Below the pieces are notes generated by a model that saw nothing but the letters and a program-made list of their open reading frames with translations, was not told where the DNA came from and searched no databases. A DNA stretch of 63,698 nucleotides, counting the filler, from Choristocarpus tenellus KU-1152 (Eukaryota > Protista > Phaeophyceae), in NCBI GenBank assembly GCA_964200185.2. It is 7 parts of 7 records of this genome, joined end to end, with 100 filler letters (N's around TTAATTAATTAA, not from the genome) between each part and the next. Parts side by side here need not be neighbours in the genome. Positions count along the whole stretch, not along the records: positions 1 to 9,038 come from CAXNAD020004056.1; positions 9,139 to 13,647 come from CAXNAD020014229.1; 5 more parts are not named here. One strand, written 5' to 3'. Every line of letters starts with the position of its first letter. Positions within the stretch are counted from its first letter, which is position 1. A program made the translations under genes and the position numbers. This document shows, piece by piece, positions 1 through 12,124 of this stretch.

Positions 1-1718
1 CCCCCCTCCCGACCCCCCCTCGAACCCGCCGACTGCACAACCCCCGCCCCGCCGGCCGGATCCTCCGATCCTCTCCCCACCCCACCCCCAAATGCTGAAT
101 GAATGAACCCCGAGACACCGCGCCGAACAGAGCCATAGACGATCCTCGTAGGATACCCGTCGGCTGCTCGGACGCCCTACGTCCCCACCACCGGGGACGC
201 GGAACGGACACGGAGACGTGGGATAAAATACCCTCCCTTCGGCGCACGCCACAAAAAGTGCCAGCGCACTCTACAAAGCGGGAGCGCACACTGTCCCTCC
301 AACACCGTCGCCCCAGACGCCCCCCGACCGCGCACCGAGAGCACGCACTCGGACCGTACAACAGAGGGACGGCCGTCTGGAAGAGTGGAGTCAACAGACG
401 CTCCGACAAGCATGCACCCCGGCGTATCCAGGGAGCGCTACTAACCTTGGGTTCTTGGGGGTTTGTGCTATTGATAGTATCAGTCATGTTCAACATATTT
501 TTTTATATTCCATTTTTAGTGAGGATAACCTCCTCCTTATCGTGATTGAGTATTCAGGACCAACGAGAGGTCTATAGTATGTCTTGTTCTAGTCAAGACA
601 GAAACATATATCCTTCTACATTCATAGTCCTGAATTGATGGAATATACCACATAATTTGACTCAATCAAACACTTCGAGACACATAGTCTATCAAGGGTG
701 ACTTGATTTATTTTTTAAGGTTTACCGTTTTCCCCATACTTGGGATGAGGCGTGATGTTGGAATGCTCAGTGCACATGTTTTACAGAAATATGTGTTTCA
801 AGTATGTTGGGAATACTGACTCCAAGTCAAGAATACAGGGAAGTGAGCACAGGAACAAGTTCATCTCTGCTTGTGATAATCATACATTTAGGGATATACA
901 TTCTAATTTCTAGGTACTCCATCTTCCTCAAGGTATGTGATGTCCCAGTGGACGTATTTCGACGTGCATTAATTGACGCACCTAATCCAGAAGTTGCAAC
1001 TTGAAAACAAGTTGTGATGCCCTGGAAAACGACCAGACTTACGGAATCTTGATTGTTTGATATCTTACACTTATCTTTTTTGATGTGTGTTACCAATTTT
1101 TGTGTTTCTGAATCGCTGATAGGAACTTAATTGGAATACTGATGTTATTTTGTTGGGGAAATTTATTCCGACTACTTACTATCACTTTAGAATCTTCTTT
1201 GATATTTTATGTAGTGTTTTTATGCTTTCTTGGCTGCGGTATATACACATTGCCAGAGAATGGCTAATCTAAAAATTGTGTTGATGCCATTTCAAACTAG
1301 TTTTTTTTAATAGCTGTCAGCCCTTCATCAATAGCAGCCGCGTTGTGTAAATCTGCTTCGTTACATTGAGAAAAGCATGCTTTGATTGATTTAACCAGCG
1401 ATTCGTGAAAAGGGATTATTTCGCCTTCATCGTCTGTCTCCATTGGAGCATAATCAAATCTGAGCCAAATCTAAGTCAAATCAAGTGAGAGGTGCGCAGG
1501 GTTGCATTTTGAGGGTCCCTAGAAAGGGCCAAAAGACGCCATTTTGCACAATTGGAGAAAGAGCCTTTTTTGCTGAATTGTGGGTTCACTTGTGTGTTGA
1601 AATGGGTAAAATCAATTTTACGTACACTATTGTACACATGAAAGAATGAAACATAATTTATTGCACAGGTTAAGAAAGATGCATTAGAGTGGAACAGGGT
1701 CCAATATTGTAGCAAGAA

Positions 1719-1776
1719 GGGTTAGGGTTAGCCTAACCCTAACCCTAACCCTAACCCTAACCCTAACCCTAACCCT
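1719..1776. repeat. Interstitial telomeric repeat, inverted junction (TTAGGG)2 / (CCCTAA)7
   Basis: GGGTTAGGGTTAG is followed directly by CCTAACCCTAA... and lies between two diverged copies of a ~47-bp sequence (1668-1715, 1783-1829). Confidence 0.9.
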
Positions 1777-2192
1777 TATTATGGTAAGAAAGATGGCTTA
1801 GAGTACGGCAGGGTCCAATATTGTAACAATTTCACGCGTCGTTACAACGATTTCACACGTTAGAAAATCACTGTTTGACTCATTATTTATGCTTCACAAA
1901 TCAGTAGAAAAAGAATATGTGCACATATTTGTATCTCAAGGTTGAAGGAGTGGTGAAGATGCGCAAATCATTTCTACCCTTGAATCTTGTACCACAAATC
2001 ATGTACTGAGTACGGGTCAATGTTGAGGAATGATGTACAAATCTCGATTTGTCAGAGATGACCTTGCTGGTTACCATGTACACATGATTTGTAGATACCG
2101 CTCACCATTTTATCGGCATGTATAGATGGTTTCTCCCTATGTGCCGAGAGAAGGTAATTGTGTATTGGTGCTCAATACGTACCGCATCTTTA

Positions 2193-4294
2193 TATAGTGG
2201 GTGTATTTATATAAGAGAGTTCGATATAAGAGAAAATGGGATATAAGAGAGGGTAAATTGGTTTGTTCAGGCTATACGAGAGGTTTCGGCGGTTTCCTGC
2301 CATTTCTCTCGTATACAGAGCAAACTCACATTTTTCTTTGGACCACTTGACCTAAGGGTTTCCCAAAAGTCATGTCTAAAGTTAAGCAAAATCTAACAAA
2401 GGCACAATGCTGCTCGAGACCAGCATTACACAGCATAGCTGTCTTTTTTATCTCAGTACTGCACAGTACAGTACATACAGTATATCACACAAGTTTAGAC
2501 GACTGCATTGTACAGATATAATGATGCCCTGCGCAGTGGGATCCAGCTGCAATATACAGGGTAATACTCCTGGTCCGCCACACCATACATGCCACAAGTG
2601 TCGCGTTTGTGTAGCGGCTATCTTCATGGCATTTGTGGCTTTGTAGATCCTTTTGTTACAAGCGAATGAAACCCGTGCGCAAATTGTGCGTGAGCCCCAC
2701 CAAGCGCAAGGCTTGGAGTCCTCCAGCCGGTGACAACACCGCGTCGAAGTGCTACGATAACAAGGGGAAGGGGAAGGTGCTGCCAAATAAATCTACGGCA
2801 AAATAGGTGTCCTATAAGACTCGCGGGGCCGACAATCGTAAACGCTTGAGCTTTGCGGAGAAGGTGGAAGTGTTGACACTCCTGAAGACCATGACATCAA
2901 CTGCGGTTGCTGAAAAGTTTGGAATCGGTCACAGCACCCTCTACAAGTTGAAGAAGGAGGCAACAACCGTCATGGAGAAAGCGCAGACACTGAAGACTGA
3001 CGCCAAGTCTACGAGGGGTGCCAAACATGTTGAGGTGCGTCAGCGCGTGGATTTAAGGTCTGAAAGTAGGTTGATTGTGGTCGTGATTGAATTGTCTTTC
3101 TGCTGCACGATCTTTTGCGCTGTACTGTAGTATCACGGGTGGCCATTTTACTCATAGAGGTACATCCCACAAGGTGTCTCTATACATTAATGCGGACCTC
3201 TCCGATGCTCTTGGCGCTCTACACCTCAAACCCGGTGGAAAACCGTCTCAGGCTTTCATCGACGCAGCGAGAGCGTGGATCGGTGTGGAAGACAACGATG
3301 AAGTGGCCAATGCGATACTAGAGGACATGAAAGACCAGCTGCTCGAGGAATCCTTGTATCAGTCAGACAATGAAAGCTCGGGTGATGAGGATGACGATGG
3401 GTTCATGGGAGGGGCCAGCACATCCGGGGTCGTGAGGAAAGGAGCAGCCTCTTCAGTGTTCTCGATTCCTCTTCCGCCGTACTCTCAAGTAGCCAACGAG
3501 TTTGCAAGCTTAGAAACAACCGTCGAAGAGTGCAGCATGAACGATGTTTCGTATCATCTCTGGAAAGCAAAGCTGGATTGGCTCAGCGCAATCGGGGTAA
3601 GGGCAATCAAACAAGCGGACATCCGCGATTTCTTTGGCGATTGCGATTTTTTATTAGCGAATAAGTTGCTTTACTCAGTGCGTGCGATGGAGGGTGCATG
3701 GCAGTGCAGCTCCATTTGATCCACGGTTGGCGTTTTTGATACTGTGTACTCTATAATATCTATGAAGAGTGCAATTGAATACGTCAGGCACGGCATCGGA
3801 CGGAGATTGGCTTTGAACGTTGATTTGACTTGAACTGTCCAGCCATCCAACGGCTTGCGGATGCTTTTCTTGGGAAAGTGCACTATACATATGAGTGAAT
3901 ACATCGTTATGAGTGCAATTTACCAAAGTTACAGTACTACTGTATACATATGACTGGTATACTCTCTAGGAGTGGTGTAGATGTGGTGCTCGGTGGACCA
4001 CCACAGCTTCATCGAAATAGGCTCACGAGGGCAATGTTCAATACACATCTACATGCAGCTACTTTTGAAGGCACATGGGAGCACATACAGCAAGGGCGTC
4101 GCTCTGTCGTCGTTCGGGGACAAGTATAAAGTCTACGAATATACCACCACTGTTGCTCGATACAACAGATTTCTCTTGTCACGATCCCTCGTTTTAAGAG
4201 GAAACCACTCTTATATACAATAAGAGAGGATCGGGACATAAGAGAGGGATTTTTCGCTTGACCCTACCCTCTCTTACATAGGTACAACCTTGTA
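2193..4294 (+). mobile_element. Internally deleted pogo/Tigger-type (Tc1/mariner superfamily) DNA transposon
   Basis: ORF 2807-3035 encodes a CENP-B/psq-type HTH (KRLSFAEKVEVL...VAEKFGIGHSTLYKLKK). ORF 3087-3719 has an acidic tail ending in a PIP-box-like KQADIRDFF. No DDE core is visible. Imperfect TIRs are flanked by TA (TA-TAGTGGGTGTATTTATATAAGAGAG ... CTCTCTTACATAGGTACAACCTTG-TA), with repeated subterminal ATAAGAGA motifs. Confidence 0.75.
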
Positions 4295-5604
4295 TTCAAA
4301 TTTTCCCTCATGATATAGCGTAAGAAAAGGAACAATCATTTACAAATCCTATGTTATGATTCAATAGGAAAGAATAATCTAGTAAAAATGTTGTTGTAAT
4401 TCAATAGGAAAAAACAATCGTGTACAAGTCGTAAATTACTTTTTCATACAGCACTTTGTTCCCTTGTTATTCTATGGATAGGATGAAGAAATATAACCCT
4501 CCTAGTTAAACTAACACATTGTTGAAGCCCTAGTAGGGTCCTGGGTGTCTGTACAACCACTCCTGTATTGGAAACATGTACGAATATTGGTATGTACCAC
4601 TCTCCTATCTGCGGGAGATGTGCAAACGGTTCCCTGGTACAAATACCCTGACTGATTAGAATACCTCTACAATGATTTGTAGTTGTGAGCGCAAGTTGTA
4701 GAAATCACATTGTGTGGATTTATTAACATTTCATCTTGTGGGAAGATTTGTTCCACACCACTACTATCAGAAACATGAATGAGTACAAACGAGTTGTATC
4801 CGCAAATGAAAGAGTTACTCCTGAATCTTGATTCGCGAAAACTCGTCCCAACGCGCAGAACTCAGATTTACGACAGGAACAACCATTGATTCGTTAGATC
4901 CGATTTGTCCGACGTGTGATTGGTTTTAGTCATTTATTGTATTGCAAATATATGTTGCTATACTTGTATGTGTATGTATATACTGTGTAATGACAAGACA
5001 TGTGCGCAGGACGCTTGTGTGTCAATGGATAGCGATTTTAGTGAATATGCAACACAGTGCAAAAGATCCCAAGTAAAGTTTTATGTTGTGATTTATTGCA
5101 CTTACGATGTCATGCATACATAGGAAAAGACAACCTAGAAAGGTCCCCAGTCATCCTAATATTTGACTCAAAAAAGGTGAAGAGACAAAAAATTCCTCAG
5201 CACTTGCTCACTTCACACCAGCCCCTAGCATGCCACTCCTCTTTTGTAGCAATTCAACCACCTATCTTGTTGTATCACTCAAATCATGTTCTGCTTCTAC
5301 TTCTCCTGTATTTCTTTCCATAAAAGTACATCAAATGTCTATTTAAAACAAATACATAAATATGCATTATTCTCAGAAAAAAATATAAGAAAAATCACAC
5401 ATATATCAACCACATTCAATAGCTGGGCTAACTATCGAAAAACAGTTGAAATATTTATCACCAACCAACACCAATAGTAACATTGGCTGGTAAACTACTC
5501 ATGTGTTTTGTTCGGGTCATGGATTAAAACACCCAAGGGTACATGGCTTGGTATTTCTGCATGCTGAATGTTTGCAAAGTCGCCTCCTCTACCAGTTGTC
5601 TCCT

Positions 5605-8283
5605 TCAGATATCAAGGATGAAGCCAGTGGCGAGAGGACCAGCCACAAGATAGTCGTTCTCCTCACCACGGATGGCTCTAGACCCTGACATTACAAACCC
5701 ACCGAGTTCATTCAGAGTGGGATGGATGGTCTCACCAAGGATACCCTGGCACAGTATCAACAACAGCATAAAGAGTAAAATGTCAGCTGAAGCGTCATCT
5801 ATGCTGTTGTAATATAGTAGAAGAGCTGGCTATGATTTTTTCTCTCTTCAGAGCAAGCGTGGATACTTCTGTGCAAAAGTTATCTCTTCCACCTATGATT
5901 TGAGTTGAAGTCAAGGTTATTAACACAGCACAACCCACATGGATCCGCATCAATGCAGTACTTTTTACCAAACCGCTGGAATGCAAAATATATCCCAAGT
6001 GTGCATAGAGCAGGTTGAGAATACCTTTGATCCTACAATGCAAACCAGATAAATATTTCTTAAGCGGTAAATGTCTACCTAGAATACGTACCTGAGGGTC
6101 CTCGCCCAACTTGATTTTCTCAAACTTGATGTTCATCTGATAGGCCACGTGATCCGGAAGGTCGAATTGATCAGTGGGGTCCCGCATGGCCACCTGATGA
6201 ACCTTCCCATGGTTTACACGGAAAGACAGAGCAGGAGAGGTGATCTGAAGAGATGTGTGCTCAGACTGCAGATCAAACAGGGTACCGGCTGCTGCTGCAT
6301 TGAGCACATACTCCTCACACTCAATAGCATTGGTCTGTTCAGCATCACTCAGGATCCATTCGTCCATGGATAATTCCGACATGAGACGTCTCGATTGGGC
6401 CATCTCGGCACTTTCTTCAGATTTCCTCGTCTTCTGAAGCCAGTATTTCTCAAATCCAAAGGGTCGGCAAGCTCCAGGAAGGTTGACTGCTGACACGCTT
6501 ACCCCATCACCAATATATGCCTGTAATAATGCGGATTAATAAAATGTGGTCTTGTAGGTCTCATTGCTTGTGGTCTATGAAAGCTTACTTGACAGTTTAC
6601 TACCATGAGCAGACACTCCTGCAGTGTCTCTCATTGCTGGTACTATAAAATATACTCGAAAGCATCACCACCATACAAGAAACATCTACAGTTTTTTAGC
6701 CATCCCAATAAAACATGAACCTGGAACATTAGAGTTAATATTACATTGATAGTACTTGTGCAATGAAGAAAAACTAACAGATTAACACACACCTTGCCCA
6801 GACCAGCCTTCTCTCCATCGACCACCACGGTCAGAGCTCCATCCGCAAGGCATGGATACTCACCCTCGGGGCACTCTGGTTGCAGGTCACTGGGGTCCTC
6901 AACCGTAATGACAACCGTGTGTTGCTTACCAGCATCATCAGCGAGAACCATGCCAATCCCTGTGATATATGTGATGAAATCAAGGCCAGGCACTGGGGCT
7001 GTGACGCGCATATTGATGCTAGCCCTGGTGTCATGGACCAATGCATACCACAAGTTGTCCACTCCCGAGAAATCAAACTTCTGCCCAGCAAATCCAGACA
7101 TGTGAGGATCCCCATTTCCTCCGGCAGTGCAAGTTTCCTTGGCGCTCGCACGAACATTTGTGTTGTAGTCCCCGGAGTTGCCAGGTGGGTTGTATCGGCA
7201 CACCACAATCTGCCAGTGGAATCCTGTCCACTCGCCTTTGCCCTCACAGTAGTTAGATCTTGCACATCCAACACTCTTGGAAGCCTTCCACACCAACTGC
7301 ACAATACCAAAAATGTGTAACGCGTTTGTTAGTATTCCAAATTAACCACGCAAATCATTCATGCAGATCTGCACCTGGCATCATGAATTAACCTGCAAAT
7401 AACTAATTCCCAACTTCTGCTACTTTTGCAAGAAGCCCTAGCACAGTTGCCCACCTGTGTGAAGTGCCCAGTTTCCAGAGAGAATCCATCGCCCTGGTTG
7501 TAGTCCTTCACTTCATCATACCACGACTTGACAGCTGATGTAGCAGATCCACAAGGTGAAGTCGGATTTGTTGTGCCACATGAGAAAATATTCTCCCCAT
7601 AACCACTTTCATCGTGAGAGAGACCAGAGCAGCCATCGGCGAGATAATCCGCCCAAATCTGTTTGTGTATAGAAGGAATTTGGTATATCGAATAGCGGAA
7701 ACGAGGAGTTATGATGGTGGGTAGTTGAAGAGGGTCATTAGAAGCGTAGGATAGAATGGTACATATAGCCCACTATTGATATGAGCACCAGACAGTTTGG
7801 TTGTGATATGTTGACTTGCTTGGGGAAGGAATCTGCCTAAGGGTAGCAATATCTACAAGAGGACTTCATATGATGGTGACAGTCAATGCGTGTATGGACT
7901 TAAGACGCAAATGTATGTAGAGTCGGCCTGCGTCGATGGAGCAAGAGAAAGCGCACCTGCGACCCGTCAACTAGCGCAGAATCGTGTGTGAGGTCATCAG
8001 CATCGTGGAGGCACCTGTAAGTCAACGAATACGAGAGCGAGGGCATAAAATGGAAGTGATCCTCAGGAAATATTAGTTGCGATGCAATAAAGCAGACAGC
8101 ATAAGTAATCTCATACGCACGCCATTGAAAATTTCTGAGGTTCCTACCACTTAAGATCGCTCGTGACCCCACACCACCAAGTCACCTGTACTCATTATGC
8201 TTTTCCCTAATATCGGGCACCTCGCCGGCTGAGACAACCGACAAACAGAGGGCAACGCTTCCAGCCACAATAGGAAACTTCAT
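5605..8283 (-). CDS. Secreted CAP (SCP/PR-1) domain protein fused to a C-terminal GDPH-initiated root-cap-like domain; 6 exons (8283-8186, 8014-7957, 7658-7455, 7296-6793, 6520-6092, 5745-5605)
   Basis: Signal peptide MKFPIVAGSVALCLSVVSA. CAP motifs HNEYRCLH, GENI, SWYDEV, GHFTQLVW, VVCRYNPPGN. Then GDPHMSGFAGQKFDFSG...WYALV...GILGET...GEENDYLV.GPLATGF*. All GT-AG junctions keep the frame. Confidence 0.88.
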
Positions 8284-9038
8284 CGTTGTTGTAGATATAA
8301 ACAGGAGAGTCGACGTGCTTTGACAGAAATTGAATATTTAAGAGGACTGATCTGAAGCCTTAATTGATGGGAAGGAAGTGTGTAAGTAGGTTAGTGGGAG
8401 GATGTCTTAGGAGGTCAAGGAACGGACTTGTAGAAATTATGAAATTATTCTCGGAATGTTTTAGGTAACATTACGGATTTTATCCGTTGGTTATATAATC
8501 AGGTAGTTACAAAGTAAAAAGAGCTTCCAGTCCAACTACAGTCCAAAACTTGAAACAACACAATATATACAATGTGAATACCCAATCAATACAAATTCAG
8601 ATCTAAAAAGCAGGAAAAGAGTGGGTACCAATAATATTTTTAGTAAGCCACTCATTAAAACTATTCGTCACTTATGATATGATATTCAAATCTACAAAAT
8701 CCCACTCCAAAAAAATAGTATCTTAGTCCAACTATCTCCTACAGAAGTTTCTGGAACTGTACAAAATCCATTGTTACTATGAAAATTTGGTAGAACTAAG
8801 TTGTTCATGGAAGAACTTTCTTATATTAAATAACCCAGACTACTTCCAATCTCACATATACTCTACTTTGCAGTTCAATTACTGTATACAAGTGAAAATT
8901 CGGAAAAATGGAAAAATTTTATGTGTACGAAGATGGAGGAGGAATATCAAAAAGGACTGTATGGCATTCGAGACAATACAGTACCTACCCCGATTTTGTT
9001 CACCCATGGGCATGCCCGAAAAAAGCGGCACAGAATTG

Positions 9039-9138
9039 NNNNNNNNNNNNNNNNNNNNNNNNNNNNNNNNNNNNNNNNNNNNTTAATTAATTAANNNNNN
9101 NNNNNNNNNNNNNNNNNNNNNNNNNNNNNNNNNNNNNN
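9039..9138. other. Artificial contig linker N44-TTAATTAATTAA-N44
   Basis: Identical 100-bp spacer with stops in all frames, occurring six times in the window. Confidence 0.98.
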
Positions 9139-9549
9139 CTGATACTTTCGGTCAGAGGTTGAAGTGTGTGGGGGGGGTAGGCAGGAGCTGAGAATAAGTT
9201 AGTAGGACAGAGCACCACAGGGTGTGGGGAGGTGCATAGCAATATCCAGAGGTTCTTTTTAAGTCTCGAGCTGTGTGTGTGTGGTGTTGTACCAGCATCC
9301 ACATTATGAGAAGAGGAAGGCACAGTAGTGGGGTAGGATGCGACCAGAAGTGATATTGACAGGCGTGATTCGAGCATTGTTTTAGGCATGTGCCTTTTCC
9401 CCGTTTCCCTCTGACTAAGAAATTGGCAGTCAGCAGAGTAGTATGATGTTATGTGTACGATATTATCTCGAAAAAGTGCAAGTGTTTCACCTATACTCCT
9501 AATGTTTTCTTTCTTGGGCATACCGTACCACCAAACTAACTAAACTGGA

Positions 9550-11600
9550 ATCGCATTTTAATACTCTGGTTTCGAGGTAGTTTCAGTTAACGGTTTTTGG
9601 GATGCCACTGTCCTGCTCGTGATGGTGAGGGAGGCTGGAAGGGTACCAAGCAACTCCCATCTGTGTTGTATGTGATACTCAAAGTATATGCAGCTGAAGA
9701 GCTACATCTGGTAGACCTTGGAGTTCGCAACTTGGAACTTGATCTACTCCAGTCCCGAGAGTTTTGATTTATCCTAGGTGCCTCACGACACGCTCTCCAC
9801 CTCCAGGATGCATGCATCCGCTTGTTTCCAGTCAACAGTAACGTGTCGTGACCACATCGTACCAAGACTTCTTAACCCTTCGTTGATTCTAATGGTTCGT
9901 TCTCAAGCACCGCTCGACACTCATCTCTTTACGTCTCTTGAGAAAAAGTCGTGTCCTCACACCCAGAGTAGATCCCAAGAAAGTTCTGAACAGAGTGCAC
10001 TATTAATAACACACAACTATCATGAGTCGGAGGAGTAAGTTATTTAAATGCTTCTTGCGGTTTAGTGCATGTTTCGTTGATACTTCGTTTGGTTGCCACC
10101 TGTTTAGTAGTTGAGAAGTGGAATCTAAATACTTTCTGAAGGATTTCTTTCCATTCACCAGGTAAGGATCTTGTTTGTTGCGTACTTGTTTATTGTGCGA
10201 ACCTCTTAATCGTTTCCGATTTGTTTTTTGTCAACTTCTGGATCCATTAGATTTGTGATCCCAAAGGGGTAACTAACGATTTGATTTACCGGAAGATGCT
10301 TGCGTTATTTTGGCTCAGTAGTAGAACTCTGAACTAATCTAGCTCGGACGGTATATTGAAAATGCTTCTCTATCATGTTTTTTTTCCACAGTCTACTAAA
10401 GTATTCTCCTGTCCTTGGGTCGTTACTTCCACCAAAGGCAACAACTCCGTCTAAAATAGTTCAATAACGTTGCATGCTTTTGCATCACCATATTGTTGAT
10501 AATGTAGATGGTTGACCAACCTAGATACTTAGTATGCAAGATCTGTATTTTTTTACCTATAATCTGTCAAAGCTGTTCAAGGCTTGGAGGGATTATCATC
10601 ATCTGTGATAATGATCCATCACTGGATTAGTGTGTCGAGATGATAGTAATTGTTCGTTCATTTTGGTGTTTGTCGATGGAACGATTCTATCACCAGTCAG
10701 GGTTATCCATGCTTCCTCTTACGATATTTTGAATTATGGTTGCGTATTGAGCTGGTATATTAAATATTCCTATTCTACATTGAGGTCTTCTTTACGAATA
10801 GTATCATTAAAGCGATATATGGACAGTACTAGGATCTACTACAACCTAACATCATACGTTTCTCATTTTTTGAAAAACATTCGTAGATCATTAGTAGATG
10901 TAATTCACACGTGTGTCCTGGGGGTATACTTCGGAAGTGGATGCACATATGTATCCGTTGCTTATCATGTCATCTCTCTCTTCTCTTGCATGCACAGTGT
11001 CAACATCGTAAGAAAAAATCAATAATGCTAAAGCTAGGCACTTACACTACTACCTCTTGATATACTACTTGCCAACACAACATAATACTTGAGGGAAGTG
11101 GTACATGCTTATCACTTGTGGCATCACTCGCCTCATGTAAATCAGAAAAGCCTACGAACATAATCCTCAGCAACTGATTATTATGTGGCTTCTGTTACTA
11201 GCCGTTCTTCACACACCATACCAAAACCAAACAAGGAATAATCAAATATATTAAACACGCCATCAACGAACAAAGGATAGATATCCGTATCCATAGGATC
11301 AAAGAGTCTCTAAAACATGTTCGACTCATAAAGTAGTCTTACAAGTCCGTCCTTTCCTTTTCCTGTCCCAGGGCTCCTCCAAAACCATTTAAGGTGAGTC
11401 ATAGGAACAACAGTAAAGGCAATGTTATGAACTAGATTCAGTCGATACGTGTTGATTTGAAGAGGAACTTCCTATTGAGCCGTCTACTCAGTTGGCGTGT
11501 AGATATTCCCTGTATTAATAGGATTTTTCTTGATGTGTAGAAAGGGTTCCTATGCTATATTGTGATTCTCATATTGGTTTGGTTGATGAGAGTTCAACTC
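9550..11600 (-). mobile_element. Highly decayed Ty3/Gypsy pol relic (RNase H, integrase and C-terminal region)
   Basis: Minus-strand fragments: NGFGGALGQEK..DGLVR (RNase H DASxxGxGAxLxQ-like, ~11330-11400), a possible integrase His-His segment (~10600-10700), and a VERC segment (~9910) resembling Gypsy C-termini. Many stops and frameshifts. Boundaries are approximate. Confidence 0.5.
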
Positions 11601-11639
11601 TTAGCCTGATTTTTTCTCTGGGACATTTGTTGAGTGAGT

Positions 11640-12070
11640 ATTCCCATAGATTGGAAAAAAAAAACTGATATTTTGGGTTCTACGATGTTTTGCCATTTGG
11701 CATACAGTTCCTGCCGGGAATAAGCCAAGAAATCTTTTCGCCAGTGGCCGCACAGGGATAGAAGGGTACAAATGGAAATAGATAAGATATTGATTGAAAG
11801 GATTGTGGAAAGGTCTTCTACTGGAGCTGGGTTCATTAGTAGCAGTAAAGAACAAGGACGGTGGTAGTGTGAGGACTACGACCAATTACAAGTGTTTGAA
11901 CAACTGTACGTAGATCCCACAATTACCGCTCCTTCCATAGATAGGTTAATGACTTCTTGGAAGGATTGGGGGAATCTATATTGTTTTTGATGACTGACAT
12001 GCCAAGTGGATTTCATCAGATTGCAAACGCAAATGATGCTGTAATGATGACTTCGGATTGTAAATCTACG
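11640..12070 (+). mobile_element. Decayed Ty3/Gypsy reverse transcriptase N-terminal fragment
   Basis: Frameshifted translation VQMEIDKILIERIVERS...LVAVKNKDGGSVRTTTNYKCLN...PQLPL...DMPSGFHQI matches the Gypsy RT pattern (V.KKDG..R...DY..LN; D+.SG+HQI). Confidence 0.7.
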
Positions 12071-12124
12071 GTTTTAGTAAAGTTAGGATAGTCCTCAACA
12101 ACACACCTATTTGCACCTTCAATT

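Noticed and set aside
99-545. 148-aa GC-rich ORF at the window start
   Set aside because: No recognisable domain or splice structure; probably a repeat remnant at a contig end.
9039-9138. Recurrent TTAATTAATTAA palindrome within N runs (six times)
   Set aside because: Assembly linker with stops in all frames. It is not biological, and ORFs or gene neighbourhoods crossing it are artefacts.
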